The position numbers were made by a program, and so were the translations under genes. From assembly GCA_964291395.2 (NCBI GenBank), contig OZ219856.1, forward strand, positions 1,344,001 through 1,408,000: 64,000 nucleotides of DNA. The letters are read 5' to 3'. The DNA is from Alphaproteobacteria bacterium. Lineage in GTDB: Bacteria > Pseudomonadota > Alphaproteobacteria > UBA2966. Below the pieces are notes generated by a model, which worked only from the letters and a program-made list of their open reading frames with translations, ran no database searches and was not told the origin of the DNA. This document shows, one piece after another, positions 16,454 to 27,360 of this stretch (position 1 is its first letter; each line of letters begins with the position of its first letter).

Positions 16454-16761
16454 TGGCAGTCGCCCTCGGTCACTATCTCACGGTCGCGGCGATTCTCTTC
16501 ACGCTGGGGATCTTCGGCATTTTCCTGAATCGGAAGAACGTCATCATCATTCTGATGTCGATCGAATTGATGTTGCTCGCGGTCAACATCAACCTCGTCG
16601 CTTTTTCGACCCATCTCGATGATCTGGTGGGACAGGTCTTCGCCATGTTCGTGCTGACCGTGGCTGCCGCGGAGGCTGCCATCGGCCTTGCCATCCTCGT
16701 CGTCTATTTCCGAAACCGCGGAACGATCGCGGTCGAGGATATCAACATGATGAAGGGCTGA
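16453..16761 (+). CDS. nuoK: NADH-quinone oxidoreductase subunit K
   Basis: [20 protein letters not shown]. Confidence 0.98.
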   Translation: MAVALGHYLTVAAILFTLGIFGIFLNRKNVIIILMSIELMLLAVNINLVAFSTHLDDLVGQVFAMFVLTVAAAEAAIGLAILVVYFRNRGTIAVEDINMMKG

Positions 16762-16765
16762 CGGG

Positions 16766-18697
16766 ATGTTGCACGCTGCACTGGTCTTCGCTCCGCTCTT
16801 CGGTGCCATCTCCGCCGGCCTGTTCGGTCGGGTGCTGGGTGACAACGCATCGCGCTTGATCTCGTGCGGCTTCATGACCGTGTCGGCTCTGATCTCGATT
16901 GTCGTCTTCTATCAGGTCGCTATTGAGCACGACACGGTCGTCGTCGAATTGATGACGTGGATGGACTCCGGGGCGTTCGAGGTTGCCTGGGCCCTGCGGT
17001 TCGACGAGCTAACCGCCGTTATGACCCTTGTCGTGGCCGTCGTGTCGTGCCTGATCCATTGGTACTCCATCGGCTATATGTCGCACGACCCGCATATCCC
17101 GAGGTTCTTCGCCTACCTGTCGCTGTTCACCTTCGCCATGCTGATGCTGGTGACGGCGGACAACTTCCTGCAGATGTTCTTCGGCTGGGAAGGCGTCGGT
17201 CTTTGCTCCTACCTTCTGATCGGATTCTGGTTCGACCGTCCGTCGGCCAATGCCGCCGCCATCAAGGCGTTCGTCGTCAATCGCGTCGGCGACTTCGGCT
17301 TCGCCCTCGGCATCATGGCGATCTTCCTCGTTTTCGAGTCCGTGGATTTCGCTACCGTGTTTAGTGCCGCGCCCGACGTCGCGGGAAGTTCCATCGTCTT
17401 CCTCGGTTCGGAGTTCGATACGCTCACGGTGATCACACTCCTGCTGTTCGTGGGCGCGATGGGCAAGTCGGCGCAACTAGGACTGCACACTTGGCTGCCC
17501 GACGCGATGGAAGGTCCGACACCGGTCTCCGCGCTGATCCATGCTGCCACGATGGTGACGGCCGGCGTGTTCATGGTGGCGCGGTGTTCGCCTCTCTTCG
17601 AATACGCACCCGACACGCTGGTGGTCATTGCGGTCGTCGGTGCGTCGACCGCGTTCTTCGCCGCAACGGTGGGTCTGGTCCAGAACGACATCAAGCGGGT
17701 TATCGCCTATTCGACCTGCAGCCAGCTGGGCTACATGTTCTTTGCTGTGGGGGTCTCGGCGTATTCGGCGGCCATCTTCCATCTGACGACCCACGCGTTC
17801 TTCAAGGCCCTGCTGTTCCTTGGCGCAGGTTCCGTCATTCATGCGATGGCCGATGAGCAAGACATGCGCAAGATGGGCGGCATTTTCACGCTGCTGCCTC
17901 TGACCTACACGGTCATGTGGATCGGCTCGCTGGCGTTGGCGGGCATTCCGTTCTTCGCGGGTTTCTATTCAAAGGACATCATCCTCGAGGCGGCCTACGC
18001 CGACGCCTCGGGCTTCGGCAACTACGCTTTTACGTTGGGTGTCGTCGTGGCATTCCTGACCGCTTTCTATTCATGGCGCCTCCTGTTCATGACCTTCCAC
18101 GGTCGAGCCCGCGCGGAAGAAAGCGTCATGGCACACGTCCACGAAGCACCAAAAATCATGATGATCCCGCTGCTCCTATTGTCTCTGGGCGCCCTATTCG
18201 CAGGCTTCGTCGCGTATGGCGCCATGGTGGGCGAGGGAAGCGGCTTCTGGGGCGGTTCGTTGTTTGTTCTGCCGGAGAACGACACGGTCGCGGCGGCTCA
18301 TCACGTACCGTTCTGGGTGAAGGCGTTGCCCACGGTTCTCGCGGTCGCGGGTATCGGGGTCGCCTGGTGGCTTTACATTGCCAGGCCGGACATACCCCAC
18401 GCGATCGCGACAATGCACCGTCCGATCTACGCTTTCCTTTTGAACAAGTGGTATTTCGACGAGCTTTATGACCTCGTCTTCGTGCGGCCGGCGAAACTGA
18501 TCGGCAAAACACTTTGGCGCGGCGGCGACGGTCGCGTCATCGACGGTTTCGGGCCGGACGGCATTTCCGCTACTGTCGTCCGTCTGGCCCGCCGAGCCGC
18601 GCAATTGCAAACCGGTTACGTGTACCACTACGCGTTCGCGATGCTGATCGGCGTCGTGGGCTTCGTGTCCTGGTATTTCTATGCGATCGGGAGCTAG
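16766..18697 (+). CDS. nuoL: NADH-quinone oxidoreductase subunit L
   Basis: GWEGVGLCSYLLIGFW, GKSAQLGLHTWLPDAMEGPTPVSALIHAATMV. Confidence 0.98.
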   Translation: MLHAALVFAPLFGAISAGLFGRVLGDNASRLISCGFMTVSALISIVVFYQVAIEHDTVVVELMTWMDSGAFEVAWALRFDELTAVMTLVVAVVSCLIHWYSIGYMSHDPHIPRFFAYLSLFTFAMLMLVTADNFLQMFFGWEGVGLCSYLLIGFWFDRPSANAAAIKAFVVNRVGDFGFALGIMAIFLVFESVDFATVFSAAPDVAGSSIVFLGSEFDTLTVITLLLFVGAMGKSAQLGLHTWLPDAMEGPTPVSALIHAATMVTAGVFMVARCSPLFEYAPDTLVVIAVVGASTAFFAATVGLVQNDIKRVIAYSTCSQLGYMFFAVGVSAYSAAIFHLTTHAFFKALLFLGAGSVIHAMADEQDMRKMGGIFTLLPLTYTVMWIGSLALAGIPFFAGFYSKDIILEAAYADASGFGNYAFTLGVVVAFLTAFYSWRLLFMTFHGRARAEESVMAHVHEAPKIMMIPLLLLSLGALFAGFVAYGAMVGEGSGFWGGSLFVLPENDTVAAAHHVPFWVKALPTVLAVAGIGVAWWLYIARPDIPHAIATMHRPIYAFLLNKWYFDELYDLVFVRPAKLIGKTLWRGGDGRVIDGFGPDGISATVVRLARRAAQLQTGYVYHYAFAMLIGVVGFVSWYFYAIGS

Positions 18698-18700
18698 AAC

Positions 18701-20212
18701 GTGATCGACTTTCCGCTCCTGTCCCTGGTCACCTTCCTGCCGACAGTCGGCGCGGCGTTCATCCTGCTGATCCGTGGCGAAGAGGAAGTCGTCGCGCGCA
18801 ACGCGCGCTGGGTGGCGATGTGGACGACGGTGATGACGTTCGGTGCATCGCTCGTCATCTGGTTCTGGTTCAACCCGTCGACGGCAGAGTTTCAGTTTGT
18901 CGAGAAGAAGGCGTGGATCGGCAGTGGAATCAATTACCACATGGGCGTCGACGGTATTTCGATGCTCTTCGTTCTCCTGACCACGCTGCTCACGCCTCTC
19001 TGCATCCTTGCCAGTTGGGAAGCGATCTCGTCTCGCGTCAAGGAGTACATGATCGCCTTCCTGATCATGGAAACCATGATGATCGGCGTGTTCTGTGCCC
19101 TTGATTTCGTGGTCTTCTACTTGTTCTTCGAGGGCGGCCTCATCCCCATGTTCCTGATCATCGGTGTGTGGGGCGGAGAGCGACGCGTCTATGCGACGTT
19201 CAAATTCTTCCTCTATACCCTGCTGGGATCCGTGCTCATGCTGCTCGCGATCCTGGCGATGTACCTGAAGGTCGGTACCACGGATATTCCGACGTTGATG
19301 AGCGCCGGGTTCGATGTCTCATGGCAGCAATGGTTATGGCTAGCCTTCTTCGCGGCGTTCGCCGTGAAAATTCCCATGTGGCCGGTCCACACGTGGCTTC
19401 CCGACGCCCATGTCGAGGCACCGACCGCGGGCTCGGTGATCCTTGCGGGGGTCTTGCTGAAGATCGGCGGCTACGGGTTCCTCAGATTCTCGATCCCCAT
19501 GCTACCGGAGGCGACAGAGTTCTTCACGCCCCTCATATACGCGCTGTCGGTGGTCGCTATCATCTACACGTCCCTCGTCGCGCTCATGCAGGAAGACATG
19601 AAAAAGCTCATTGCGTATTCGTCCGTCGCGCACATGGGATTTGTAACGATCGGCATTTTCACGTTTACAACGCAGGGAATCGAGGGCGGCATGATGGTAA
19701 TGCTCAGCCATGGGCTCGTGTCAGCCGCACTCTTCCTGATCGTCGGAGTCGTCTACGATCGGATGCATACGCGCGAGATCGCTCGATATGGTGGTCTGGT
19801 TCATCGCATGCCCATCTACGCGGCGATATTCATGATCATCGCACTGGCCAACGTGGGTCTACCCGGCACCAGCGGTTTTGTGGGAGAGTTCCTCGTACTG
19901 GTCGGTATTTTCCGCGTGGATACCTGGGTGGCATTCCTGGCAACGACCGGAGTCATTCTCAGCGTCGCCTACACGCTCTGGCTCTATCGCCGGGTGATCT
20001 ACGGGAAGTTGGAAAAGGTCGAGTTGAGGGAAATTCTCGATCTCAACCGGCGAGAAATCGCCGTCTTCACGCCGCTGGTCGTTCTCGTGCTCTTCTTTGG
20101 CGTCTATCCAGAACCGCTGCTCGATGTCATGCACGTTTCCGTGGCGAATCTTATCCAGAGCCACGAAGTGGCCGTGAACGGCAGCAACGCCGTCGCCCAG
20201 ATGGGTCGGTAA
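18701..20212 (+). CDS. nuoM: NADH-quinone oxidoreductase subunit M
   Basis: [35 protein letters not shown]. Confidence 0.98.
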   Translation: MIDFPLLSLVTFLPTVGAAFILLIRGEEEVVARNARWVAMWTTVMTFGASLVIWFWFNPSTAEFQFVEKKAWIGSGINYHMGVDGISMLFVLLTTLLTPLCILASWEAISSRVKEYMIAFLIMETMMIGVFCALDFVVFYLFFEGGLIPMFLIIGVWGGERRVYATFKFFLYTLLGSVLMLLAILAMYLKVGTTDIPTLMSAGFDVSWQQWLWLAFFAAFAVKIPMWPVHTWLPDAHVEAPTAGSVILAGVLLKIGGYGFLRFSIPMLPEATEFFTPLIYALSVVAIIYTSLVALMQEDMKKLIAYSSVAHMGFVTIGIFTFTTQGIEGGMMVMLSHGLVSAALFLIVGVVYDRMHTREIARYGGLVHRMPIYAAIFMIIALANVGLPGTSGFVGEFLVLVGIFRVDTWVAFLATTGVILSVAYTLWLYRRVIYGKLEKVELREILDLNRREIAVFTPLVVLVLFFGVYPEPLLDVMHVSVANLIQSHEVAVNGSNAVAQMGR

Positions 20213-20226
20213 TCGAGGGCTGACGG

Positions 20227-21678
20227 ATGCCGGTGGTACACATCGTCCCCGACGTGATGCCGGCCCTGCCCGAGGTGATTCTCGCGGTCGCGGCCATGGT
20301 GCTGCTGATGCTGGGCGTTTTCCGGGGCGACCAGTCGACTCGGACCGTGTCATGGCTCGCCGTCGTGACAATGGTAGTTGTGGGGTTCTTTGTGATCGCA
20401 GGTCCTTCGGACGGGGCCGTGACGTTTGCGGGCATGTTTGTCGTCGATCAGTTCGCCGTCTACATGAAGGTGCTGGTGCTGATCGGCTCGGCACTGGCCG
20501 TCGTCATGTCGTTTGGGTACATCCGGGACGAAGGCATGGAGCGGTTCGAGTTCCCCGTCCTCCTGGTTCTCGCCACCCTCGGCATGCTCATGATGATCTC
20601 GGCGAACGATCTCATGGCACTCTATCTGGGACTCGAACTCCAGAGCCTCGCACTCTATGTGGTTGCGGCGTTCAAGCGCGGGTCCCTGCGTAGCACTGAG
20701 GCGGGGTTGAAATACTTCGTGCTCGGGGCACTGTCATCAGGCATGCTGCTTTATGGATGCTCGCTGATTTATGGGATGACGGGCGCCACCAGCTTTGCCG
20801 TCCTCAACGCCGCATTGAGCAGCGGAGGTGACGTACCGATTGGACTCGTCATCGGGCTCGTGTTTCTCATCTCGGGATTGGCGTTCAAGGTCTCGGCAGT
20901 GCCGTTCCACATGTGGACGCCCGATGTCTATGAAGGTGCCCCGACACCGATCACGGCGTTCTTCGCCGTCGCACCCAAGATTGCGGCGGTCGCGTTGTTC
21001 CTCCGGGTCATGATGTCTCCGTTTGGCGGCCTGATATCGGAATGGCAGCAGGTCATCATCGTCGTCTCTATCGCCTCCATGGTGCTCGGTGCTTTTGCCG
21101 CAATTTGGCAGGACAACATCAAACGCCTGATGGCCTACAGTTCGATCGGCCACATGGGTTATGCGCTCGTGGGCCTCGCATCGGCGACCGAAGAGGGGAT
21201 GCGCGGCACGATCATCTACATGACGATATATCTCGCCATGAACATCGGGACGTTTGCCGTGATTCTCAACATGAAGCGTGCGGGGGCTATGGTTGAAGGA
21301 ATACACGATCTGGCCGGACTCGCCCGATCGAGGCCCTTGATGGCGCTGGCGATGGGAGTCTTCATGTTCTCGCTTGCCGGCATTCCGCCGTTGGCGGGGT
21401 TTTTCGCGAAGCTTTACGTATTCCTGGCGGCTGTGAACGCGGAACTCTACGCCCTCGCCGTTATCGGTGTGCTGGCGAGCGTGGTCGGTGCGTTCTACTA
21501 TTTGCGCATTATCAAGATCATGTATTTCGATGCGCCGTCCGAGGTTATGGATGCACCGGTGGCAATGGAAATGCGAATCATCCTCTCCGTCGCGGCCGTC
21601 TTCACCCTGTTCTTCTTCATCTACCCTGCACCGTTCCTTGCCGGTGCACAGGCGGCTGCTCTGGCCCTTGTTCAGTGA
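20227..21678 (+). CDS. nuoN: NADH-quinone oxidoreductase subunit N
   Basis: [41 protein letters not shown]. Confidence 0.98.
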   Translation: MPVVHIVPDVMPALPEVILAVAAMVLLMLGVFRGDQSTRTVSWLAVVTMVVVGFFVIAGPSDGAVTFAGMFVVDQFAVYMKVLVLIGSALAVVMSFGYIRDEGMERFEFPVLLVLATLGMLMMISANDLMALYLGLELQSLALYVVAAFKRGSLRSTEAGLKYFVLGALSSGMLLYGCSLIYGMTGATSFAVLNAALSSGGDVPIGLVIGLVFLISGLAFKVSAVPFHMWTPDVYEGAPTPITAFFAVAPKIAAVALFLRVMMSPFGGLISEWQQVIIVVSIASMVLGAFAAIWQDNIKRLMAYSSIGHMGYALVGLASATEEGMRGTIIYMTIYLAMNIGTFAVILNMKRAGAMVEGIHDLAGLARSRPLMALAMGVFMFSLAGIPPLAGFFAKLYVFLAAVNAELYALAVIGVLASVVGAFYYLRIIKIMYFDAPSEVMDAPVAMEMRIILSVAAVFTLFFFIYPAPFLAGAQAAALALVQ

Positions 21679-21702
21679 TGCGTTGCAACGTCGCGTAACC
21701 GC

Positions 21703-22470
21703 ATGAGCGCTCCGAGCTCCGGCGCTGATCCGCGCCTTCCCGAGTTCTATTCGCTGATCGCCCTCGAGTCGGTCAGCAGCACCAACGACGAGGCGCGCAA
21801 CTTTGCTGAGAACGGGGCGCCGGCGGGCACGATTGTTTGGGCGAAGCAACAGACGGCCGGCCGTGGTCGGCGAGGGCGAGTGTGGAATTCACCGATCGGA
21901 AACCTCTATTGTTCAGTCATTCTTAGGCCGCCAGTCAGCCCCACGATGGCGGCGCAGCTTTCCTTCGTGACGGCTCTGGCCTTGGGAGAAGGCATTCGGG
22001 AATTTCTGCCTTCTGGTGCCGTGGTGCAGTACAAGTGGCCCAATGATGTACTCATCGATGGCAAGAAGTTCGCGGGAATTCTGCTGGAATCTCAGATCGG
22101 TGAAGAGGGTATGCTGGATTGGGTGCTGATCGGTACGGGCGTCAACGTCGGCAGCTTTCCCTCCGATACGGAGCGGCCCGCAACCAGCTTGAACCAAGCG
22201 GGGGCAGAACTGTCCGTTGTCGACGTCCTGACAGCATATGCGCAATCATTGTGGTCGTGGTTTGCTCTCTGGCAGAGGGACGGATTCGAACCGATCCGCG
22301 AGACTTGGCTGGGGAGGGCGGCGGGTCTGGGAGAGACCATCGAAGTGCGGCTACCCAACGAGATGCTGAGCGGTACATTCGACGCCCTTGATACCTCCGG
22401 CTCTCTCGTTCTACTCACGTCACATGGACGGCAGATCATTTCCGCCGGTGAGGTATTCGTCGGGCCGTAG
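21703..22470 (+). CDS. birA: Biotin-[acetyl-CoA-carboxylase] ligase (no N-terminal HTH)
   Basis: SSTN, QTAGRGRRGRVW, KWPNDVL..KFAGIL. Confidence 0.96.
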   Translation: MSAPSSGADPRLPEFYSLIALESVSSTNDEARNFAENGAPAGTIVWAKQQTAGRGRRGRVWNSPIGNLYCSVILRPPVSPTMAAQLSFVTALALGEGIREFLPSGAVVQYKWPNDVLIDGKKFAGILLESQIGEEGMLDWVLIGTGVNVGSFPSDTERPATSLNQAGAELSVVDVLTAYAQSLWSWFALWQRDGFEPIRETWLGRAAGLGETIEVRLPNEMLSGTFDALDTSGSLVLLTSHGRQIISAGEVFVGP

Positions 22471-22498
22471 AAATGCGATAGGCAATGGGTGACGGACC

Positions 22499-23275
22499 GT
22501 GCTGCTAGCCATTGACGCAGGTAACACCAACACAGTCTTCGCTGTGATCGAGGGCGAGGACATCCGCTGCCAATGGCGTACGGCGACCACCGCATCGCGC
22601 ACGGCGGATGAATACGTGGTATGGCTGACGCAGTTGATGGACCTGGAGCGAATCCCTTCGTCTGACGTCGGCGAAGCAATCATTTCCACCGTCGTGCCCC
22701 AGGCTCTCTACGATCTGCGCAGGTTGTGCCGCGACTATTTCGGATGCGAGCCTTTGGTGGTGGGAGAAGGCGTTGAATTAGGAATCAAGGTTCTCCTTGA
22801 GCGTTCGACCGAGGTAGGCGCCGACCGTCTGGTGAATGCCGTCGCGGCAGGCGACAGGTATGGCGGTCCCTTGATCGCCGTTGATTTCGGAACGGCCACG
22901 ACGTTCGATGTCGCCGATGCCAACGGAGACTACCGGGGTGGTGTGATTGCGCCCGGAGTGCATCTAAGTCTCGAAGCGCTCCATATGGCGGCCGCAAAAC
23001 TGCCCCACATCGCGGTTGAAAGACCACCCCGTGTGGTTGGCGACGGAACTTTGGAGGCCATGCAGTCCGGCGTTTATTGGGGCTATATCAGTTTGATCGA
23101 GGGCATTGTTGGCCGGATACGGGAGGAGTTCTCGGAGACCAACACCTCGGAGATGAAAGTCATCGCCACCGGCGGGTTGGCGCCATTATTCGCTGGTGGG
23201 ACGGACGTGATCGAACACGTGGATCCGGATCTTACGATCCGAGGCCTGCAGTTGCTGCACAAACGTAATTCCTAG
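22499..23275 (+). CDS. coaX: Type III pantothenate kinase
   Basis: LAIDAGNTN, VGADR, VDFGTATTFD, GGVIAPG, IATGG. Confidence 0.96.
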   Translation: MLLAIDAGNTNTVFAVIEGEDIRCQWRTATTASRTADEYVVWLTQLMDLERIPSSDVGEAIISTVVPQALYDLRRLCRDYFGCEPLVVGEGVELGIKVLLERSTEVGADRLVNAVAAGDRYGGPLIAVDFGTATTFDVADANGDYRGGVIAPGVHLSLEALHMAAAKLPHIAVERPPRVVGDGTLEAMQSGVYWGYISLIEGIVGRIREEFSETNTSEMKVIATGGLAPLFAGGTDVIEHVDPDLTIRGLQLLHKRNS

Positions 23276-23283
23276 AGCATCGC

Positions 23284-24957
23284 GTGACGCATCCGGAACA
23301 GGCGCTTCGCGACGAGCTGGTATTTCTGCCTCTGGGAGGGGCGGGGGAAATCGGTATGAACCTCAACCTGTATGGGTTCGGCGGGAAATGGATCATGGTC
23401 GACTGTGGCATTGCGTTTGCCGATGATTCCATGCCCGGTGTCGACGTCATTCTTCCTGATCCTCGGTTTATTGAAGAACGATCGGAGAATCTGCTGGGTC
23501 TGCTACTGACCCACGCTCACGAAGATCACATCGGTGCCATTCCCTATCTTTGGCCCCGGCTGAGATGTCCCGTCTACGCCACTCCGTTCACCTCGGCTCT
23601 GATCGCCGGAAAACTCGAGGAAGCCAGTCTTTCGGGCGACGTAACTCTCAACGTCGTTCCCATTTCCGGCTCGGTAACCCTTGGGGACTTCGACGTGCGG
23701 TACGTTCCCATCACCCACTCGATTCCCGAAGCTCATTCGCTGAGCATCAAGACACCCGTCGGAACCGTCGTTCACACGGGTGATTGGAAACTGGATCCGG
23801 TTCCCGTCGTCGGTAATGCGACGGATGCGGCGCCGTTCCGAGCACTCGGAGACAGTGGTGTGCTGGCGCTGGTCTGTGACTCGACCAACGTGTTCCGACC
23901 CGGCAACTCAGGTTCTGAACGGACCGTTCGGGAAAATGTGGAAGACATCGTCGCCAAGGCGGAAGGACGTGTCGCAGTCACCACGTTCGCGTCCAACGTG
24001 GCCCGGATCAAATCCGTCCTAGCCGTCGCCGAGGCATGTGATCGGCATGTGGTCCTGATCGGTCGCTCGATGTGGCGGACGGTGCACGCCGCGTGTGCGA
24101 CCGGATATCTGGGTTCGGGTATGGAGTTCCTCACCGATAGGGATGCCAGTTATCTGCCACCGGACAAAACCTTGCTGTTGTGCACCGGCTGCCAGGGCGA
24201 GCCACGCGGCGCTATGTCGAGAATTGCGTTCGGTGACCATCCGCATATTCAATTGGAGGTAGGGGATCTCGTGATCTTTTCCTCGAAGATCATTCCAGGG
24301 AACGAGCGGTCCATCGACCGGGTGCAAAACCAACTTATCTTGTCGGGCGTCGGTGTGATCACTGAAAAGGACTACCCGGTGCACACCTCAGGCCATCCCT
24401 CAAGGGGTGAACTCTGCGAGATGTACTCCTGGATACGTCCAGAACTGGCGGTCCCCGTTCACGGCGAAATCCGCCATTTGACAGAGCATGCGCAGTTTGC
24501 CCTGGACAACGGTGCGAAGAATTCCGTGGTTGTTCGGAACGGCGATGTACTGCGTCTGAGTCCGATCCCTGGAGCTATCGTCGGTCGCGTGCCGACAGGC
24601 CGATTGGCACTCGATGGACGCAAGCTCGTGGCTGAGGATTCGAGCAATCTGCAGATGCGCCGACGGCTGATGTTCAATGGGCTTATCGCCGTGACTATTG
24701 TACTGAACTCCAACGGACTAATTGAAACGCAACCGCGTATCCTCGTACGTGGCGTGCCCGGGACGGAAGACGCCAATTTCGAATCTGACGCCACCTCGCA
24801 ATTGGATCAGGAGCTGCGTGCTTTGCCGCGCGCCCGCCGCGCGGATGACGATGCCATCGATGATCTGGTTCGCCGTACGGTACGGCGTCTGCTCAAGCCT
24901 CTGACCTACGGCCGGCCGCCAATCGAAGTGGATATCATTCGACTGGACGCCATATGA
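23284..24957 (+). CDS. rnj: Ribonuclease J
   Basis: LGGAGEIGMN, THAHEDHIG, HTGDWK, HTSGH, PVHGE. Confidence 0.96.
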   Translation: MTHPEQALRDELVFLPLGGAGEIGMNLNLYGFGGKWIMVDCGIAFADDSMPGVDVILPDPRFIEERSENLLGLLLTHAHEDHIGAIPYLWPRLRCPVYATPFTSALIAGKLEEASLSGDVTLNVVPISGSVTLGDFDVRYVPITHSIPEAHSLSIKTPVGTVVHTGDWKLDPVPVVGNATDAAPFRALGDSGVLALVCDSTNVFRPGNSGSERTVRENVEDIVAKAEGRVAVTTFASNVARIKSVLAVAEACDRHVVLIGRSMWRTVHAACATGYLGSGMEFLTDRDASYLPPDKTLLLCTGCQGEPRGAMSRIAFGDHPHIQLEVGDLVIFSSKIIPGNERSIDRVQNQLILSGVGVITEKDYPVHTSGHPSRGELCEMYSWIRPELAVPVHGEIRHLTEHAQFALDNGAKNSVVVRNGDVLRLSPIPGAIVGRVPTGRLALDGRKLVAEDSSNLQMRRRLMFNGLIAVTIVLNSNGLIETQPRILVRGVPGTEDANFESDATSQLDQELRALPRARRADDDAIDDLVRRTVRRLLKPLTYGRPPIEVDIIRLDAI

Positions 24958-25013
24958 AGGGAGGTGGACATGCAGAGTCCCATCGATAGGAGGCCACGGA
25001 TCCCCAGGACGCC

Positions 25014-25418
25014 ATGATTGACCGCCTTAACCACATTGCCATTGCCGTACCCGACTTGGAGGCCGCGGCTGATCAGTACCGTGACGTTTTGGGAGCACGG
25101 GTTTCGGAGCCGCAGGATCTTCCCCAGCACGGCGTCACTGTGATCTTCGTCGAGTTGCCGAATACCAAGATCGAGCTCCTGCACCCTCTCGGCGACGACT
25201 CACCGGTCGCTGGATTTCTCGAGCGAAATGTTGCGGGTGGCATCCATCACGTGTGCTATGAGGTCGATGACATCATTGCGGCACGAGATCATCTCGCGGC
25301 AAAGGGCGCCCGCGTTCTCGGGGACGGCGAACCCCGGATCGGCGCCCATGGAAAACCTGTGCTTTTCCTTCACCCCAAGGATTTTTGCGGAACGCTTGTC
25401 GAACTGGAACAGGCGTAA
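25014..25418 (+). CDS. mce: Methylmalonyl-CoA epimerase
   Basis: LNHIAIAV, KIELLHP, GGIHHVCYEV, FLHPKDFCGTLVELEQ. Confidence 0.95.
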   Translation: MIDRLNHIAIAVPDLEAAADQYRDVLGARVSEPQDLPQHGVTVIFVELPNTKIELLHPLGDDSPVAGFLERNVAGGIHHVCYEVDDIIAARDHLAAKGARVLGDGEPRIGAHGKPVLFLHPKDFCGTLVELEQA

Positions 25419-25427
25419 GGGATCCGC

Positions 25428-25670
25428 ATGAGCTGGACGAGCCTCGCTGCTACATATGCGATTGTCTGGTGGCTCGTGCTGTTTACGACATTGCCGTTCG
25501 GGGTCAGAACTCCTGACACGACTGAAGAGGGCATGGAGCGCGGTGCGCCCGAGAAGCCACGCATGTGGATCAAAGCGGGTGCGACAACAATCATTGCCGC
25601 CGTGATTACGGGCGTCGTTTGGGCGCTGTTCGAGCACAAGATCATCGATTTCCGCGCGGCTGCGGGTTAG
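25428..25670 (+). CDS. Small membrane protein, DUF1467-like
   Basis: WWLVLFTTLPFGVR..GAP motif, two TM segments, usual position after mce. Confidence 0.8.
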   Translation: MSWTSLAATYAIVWWLVLFTTLPFGVRTPDTTEEGMERGAPEKPRMWIKAGATTIIAAVITGVVWALFEHKIIDFRAAAG

Positions 25671-25677
25671 GTCAAGA

Positions 25678-25710
25678 GGCGCCGGGCGGTTGCGATGAGC
25701 GTCCGGCGCC
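25678..25710. terminator. GC hairpin between convergent genes
   Basis: GGCGCCGGGCG...CGTCCGGCGCC inverted repeat; no clear U tract. Confidence 0.45.
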
Positions 25711-25719
25711 CCAAGGCCC

Positions 25720-27009
25720 TTACAAAATTGCGAATTTCACGCCGAACGCCAGCGCGATGACCATAACGGCGGGGGATGCCTCACTCGTCCGTCCACTCAG
25801 GATTTTTATTGCCGCATATGTGATGAAGCCGAAACCGATCCCCGTGGCGATGGAGAATGTAAACGGCATGGCGAACGCGGTCACCACGGCGGGTGCATAC
25901 TCTGTCACGTCATCCCAATCGATTTCGGCAAGCCCCCTGGCCATGATGCACGCGACAAACAGCAAGGCCGGTGCTGTTGCATATGAGGGAATCGTAGTGG
26001 CCAGCGGCGATAGAACGATCGCTGCCACGAACAGGATCGCCACGGTGACGGCCGTCAGGCCCGTGCGCCCGCCAGCGTTCACGCCGGCAGCACTTTCTAT
26101 GTAGCTTGTCGTCGTCGATGTCCCGATCGCCGCGCCCGCCATCGTGGCGACGGAATCAGCAATCAGCGCCTTGCGAATCCGGGGAAGCCGTCCCTGCTCG
26201 TCAAGCAAACCAGCGCGGTGTGCGATGCCGATTAACGTTCCCGCGGTATCGAATAGATCGACGAATAGGAACGCGAAAACGATTGTTACCAGACCGATCT
26301 GAAAGGCCCCAGCGAGATCGAGTTGCAGTAACGTCGGTGCCATGGACGGGGGCGACGCGACAACGCCGTTGAACGGCGAGACGCCAAGAGCGATCCCTAC
26401 CGCCGCAGCCAGGATGATCCCGATGATGATCGCTCCGGGCACCTTTTTGAAATTGAGCACGATGATGACGATGAAGCCGACCGTTGCGAGGAGGGCCGGT
26501 GCCGATGTCATGTCCCCGACGGTGACCAGCGTAGCCTGGTGGTCTTGAACGATACCCGCGTTCTTGAGCGCGATGATCGCGAGGAACATTCCGATTCCCG
26601 CGGATACGGCGAGCTTCAAGGATTTCGGCACCGCGTTGATGATCCACTCTCGCGTGCGGAAGACGCTCAACAGCAGGAACAGGACGCCCGAGATGAATAC
26701 CGCGCCGAGTGCGACCTGCCACGAAAATCCCATGCCCAGCACAACGCCGTACGTGAAGTAGGCGTTGAGGCCCATGCCGGGCGCGAGAGCTATGGGATAG
26801 TTGGCGTAGAGACCCATGATCAGCGTGCCGATCGCCGCCGCGAAGCAAGTCGCCATGAACACGGCATCTCGGTCCATACCGGCGTCGGTGAGGATCAATG
26901 GGTTCACGAATATGATGTAAGCCATGGTGAGAAACGTCGTGATGCCGGCAAGAACTTCGGTCCGTACCGTCACACCGTTCTCGGAAAGCTTGAAGTATGA
27001 GTCGAGCAT
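25720..27009 (-). CDS. NCS2/AzgA-family purine (adenine/guanine/hypoxanthine) permease
   Basis: RTEVLAGITTFLTMAYIIFVNP, LAPGMGLNAYF, DLFDTAGTL, YIESAAGVNAGGRTGLTA. Confidence 0.93.
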   Translation of the reverse strand: MLDSYFKLSENGVTVRTEVLAGITTFLTMAYIIFVNPLILTDAGMDRDAVFMATCFAAAIGTLIMGLYANYPIALAPGMGLNAYFTYGVVLGMGFSWQVALGAVFISGVLFLLLSVFRTREWIINAVPKSLKLAVSAGIGMFLAIIALKNAGIVQDHQATLVTVGDMTSAPALLATVGFIVIIVLNFKKVPGAIIIGIILAAAVGIALGVSPFNGVVASPPSMAPTLLQLDLAGAFQIGLVTIVFAFLFVDLFDTAGTLIGIAHRAGLLDEQGRLPRIRKALIADSVATMAGAAIGTSTTTSYIESAAGVNAGGRTGLTAVTVAILFVAAIVLSPLATTIPSYATAPALLFVACIMARGLAEIDWDDVTEYAPAVVTAFAMPFTFSIATGIGFGFITYAAIKILSGRTSEASPAVMVIALAFGVKFAIL

Positions 27010-27360
27010 CCGTCTCCCCAACAGTTCTCTGCAACAGCGTCATGTCCCGCCGTTGACCCTGGTCCGTTTTCAATCGAAGCTTCTGTAGCGGGGCCACGCA
27101 GCGGTCGGGGAGACCGGCGCATAAACTATCGCTCAAAAGTCGTCTCCATCACAAGCCTGGCAAGGTGGAGATCAGGTCACTGAACAGGAAAAGCACGCTA
27201 AGCGAATCAATCCGCTGTGGTCCCATAGGCCTAGCATTGCCTTCATAGGACCCTTTGCCTACATTCGGCACGAGTTTGGGAATCACGGCGAAAATCGCTT
27301 GGCACCAGTAGGTTAGAAACAGCGGCGCGCATCTGGGTGAGCGCGCGAACGGGTGAGACG

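Noticed and set aside
27010-27130. Xanthine (NMT1) or purine riboswitch in the permease leader
   Set aside because: Only an AGAAGC hexamer matches by eye; the other conserved elements were not found
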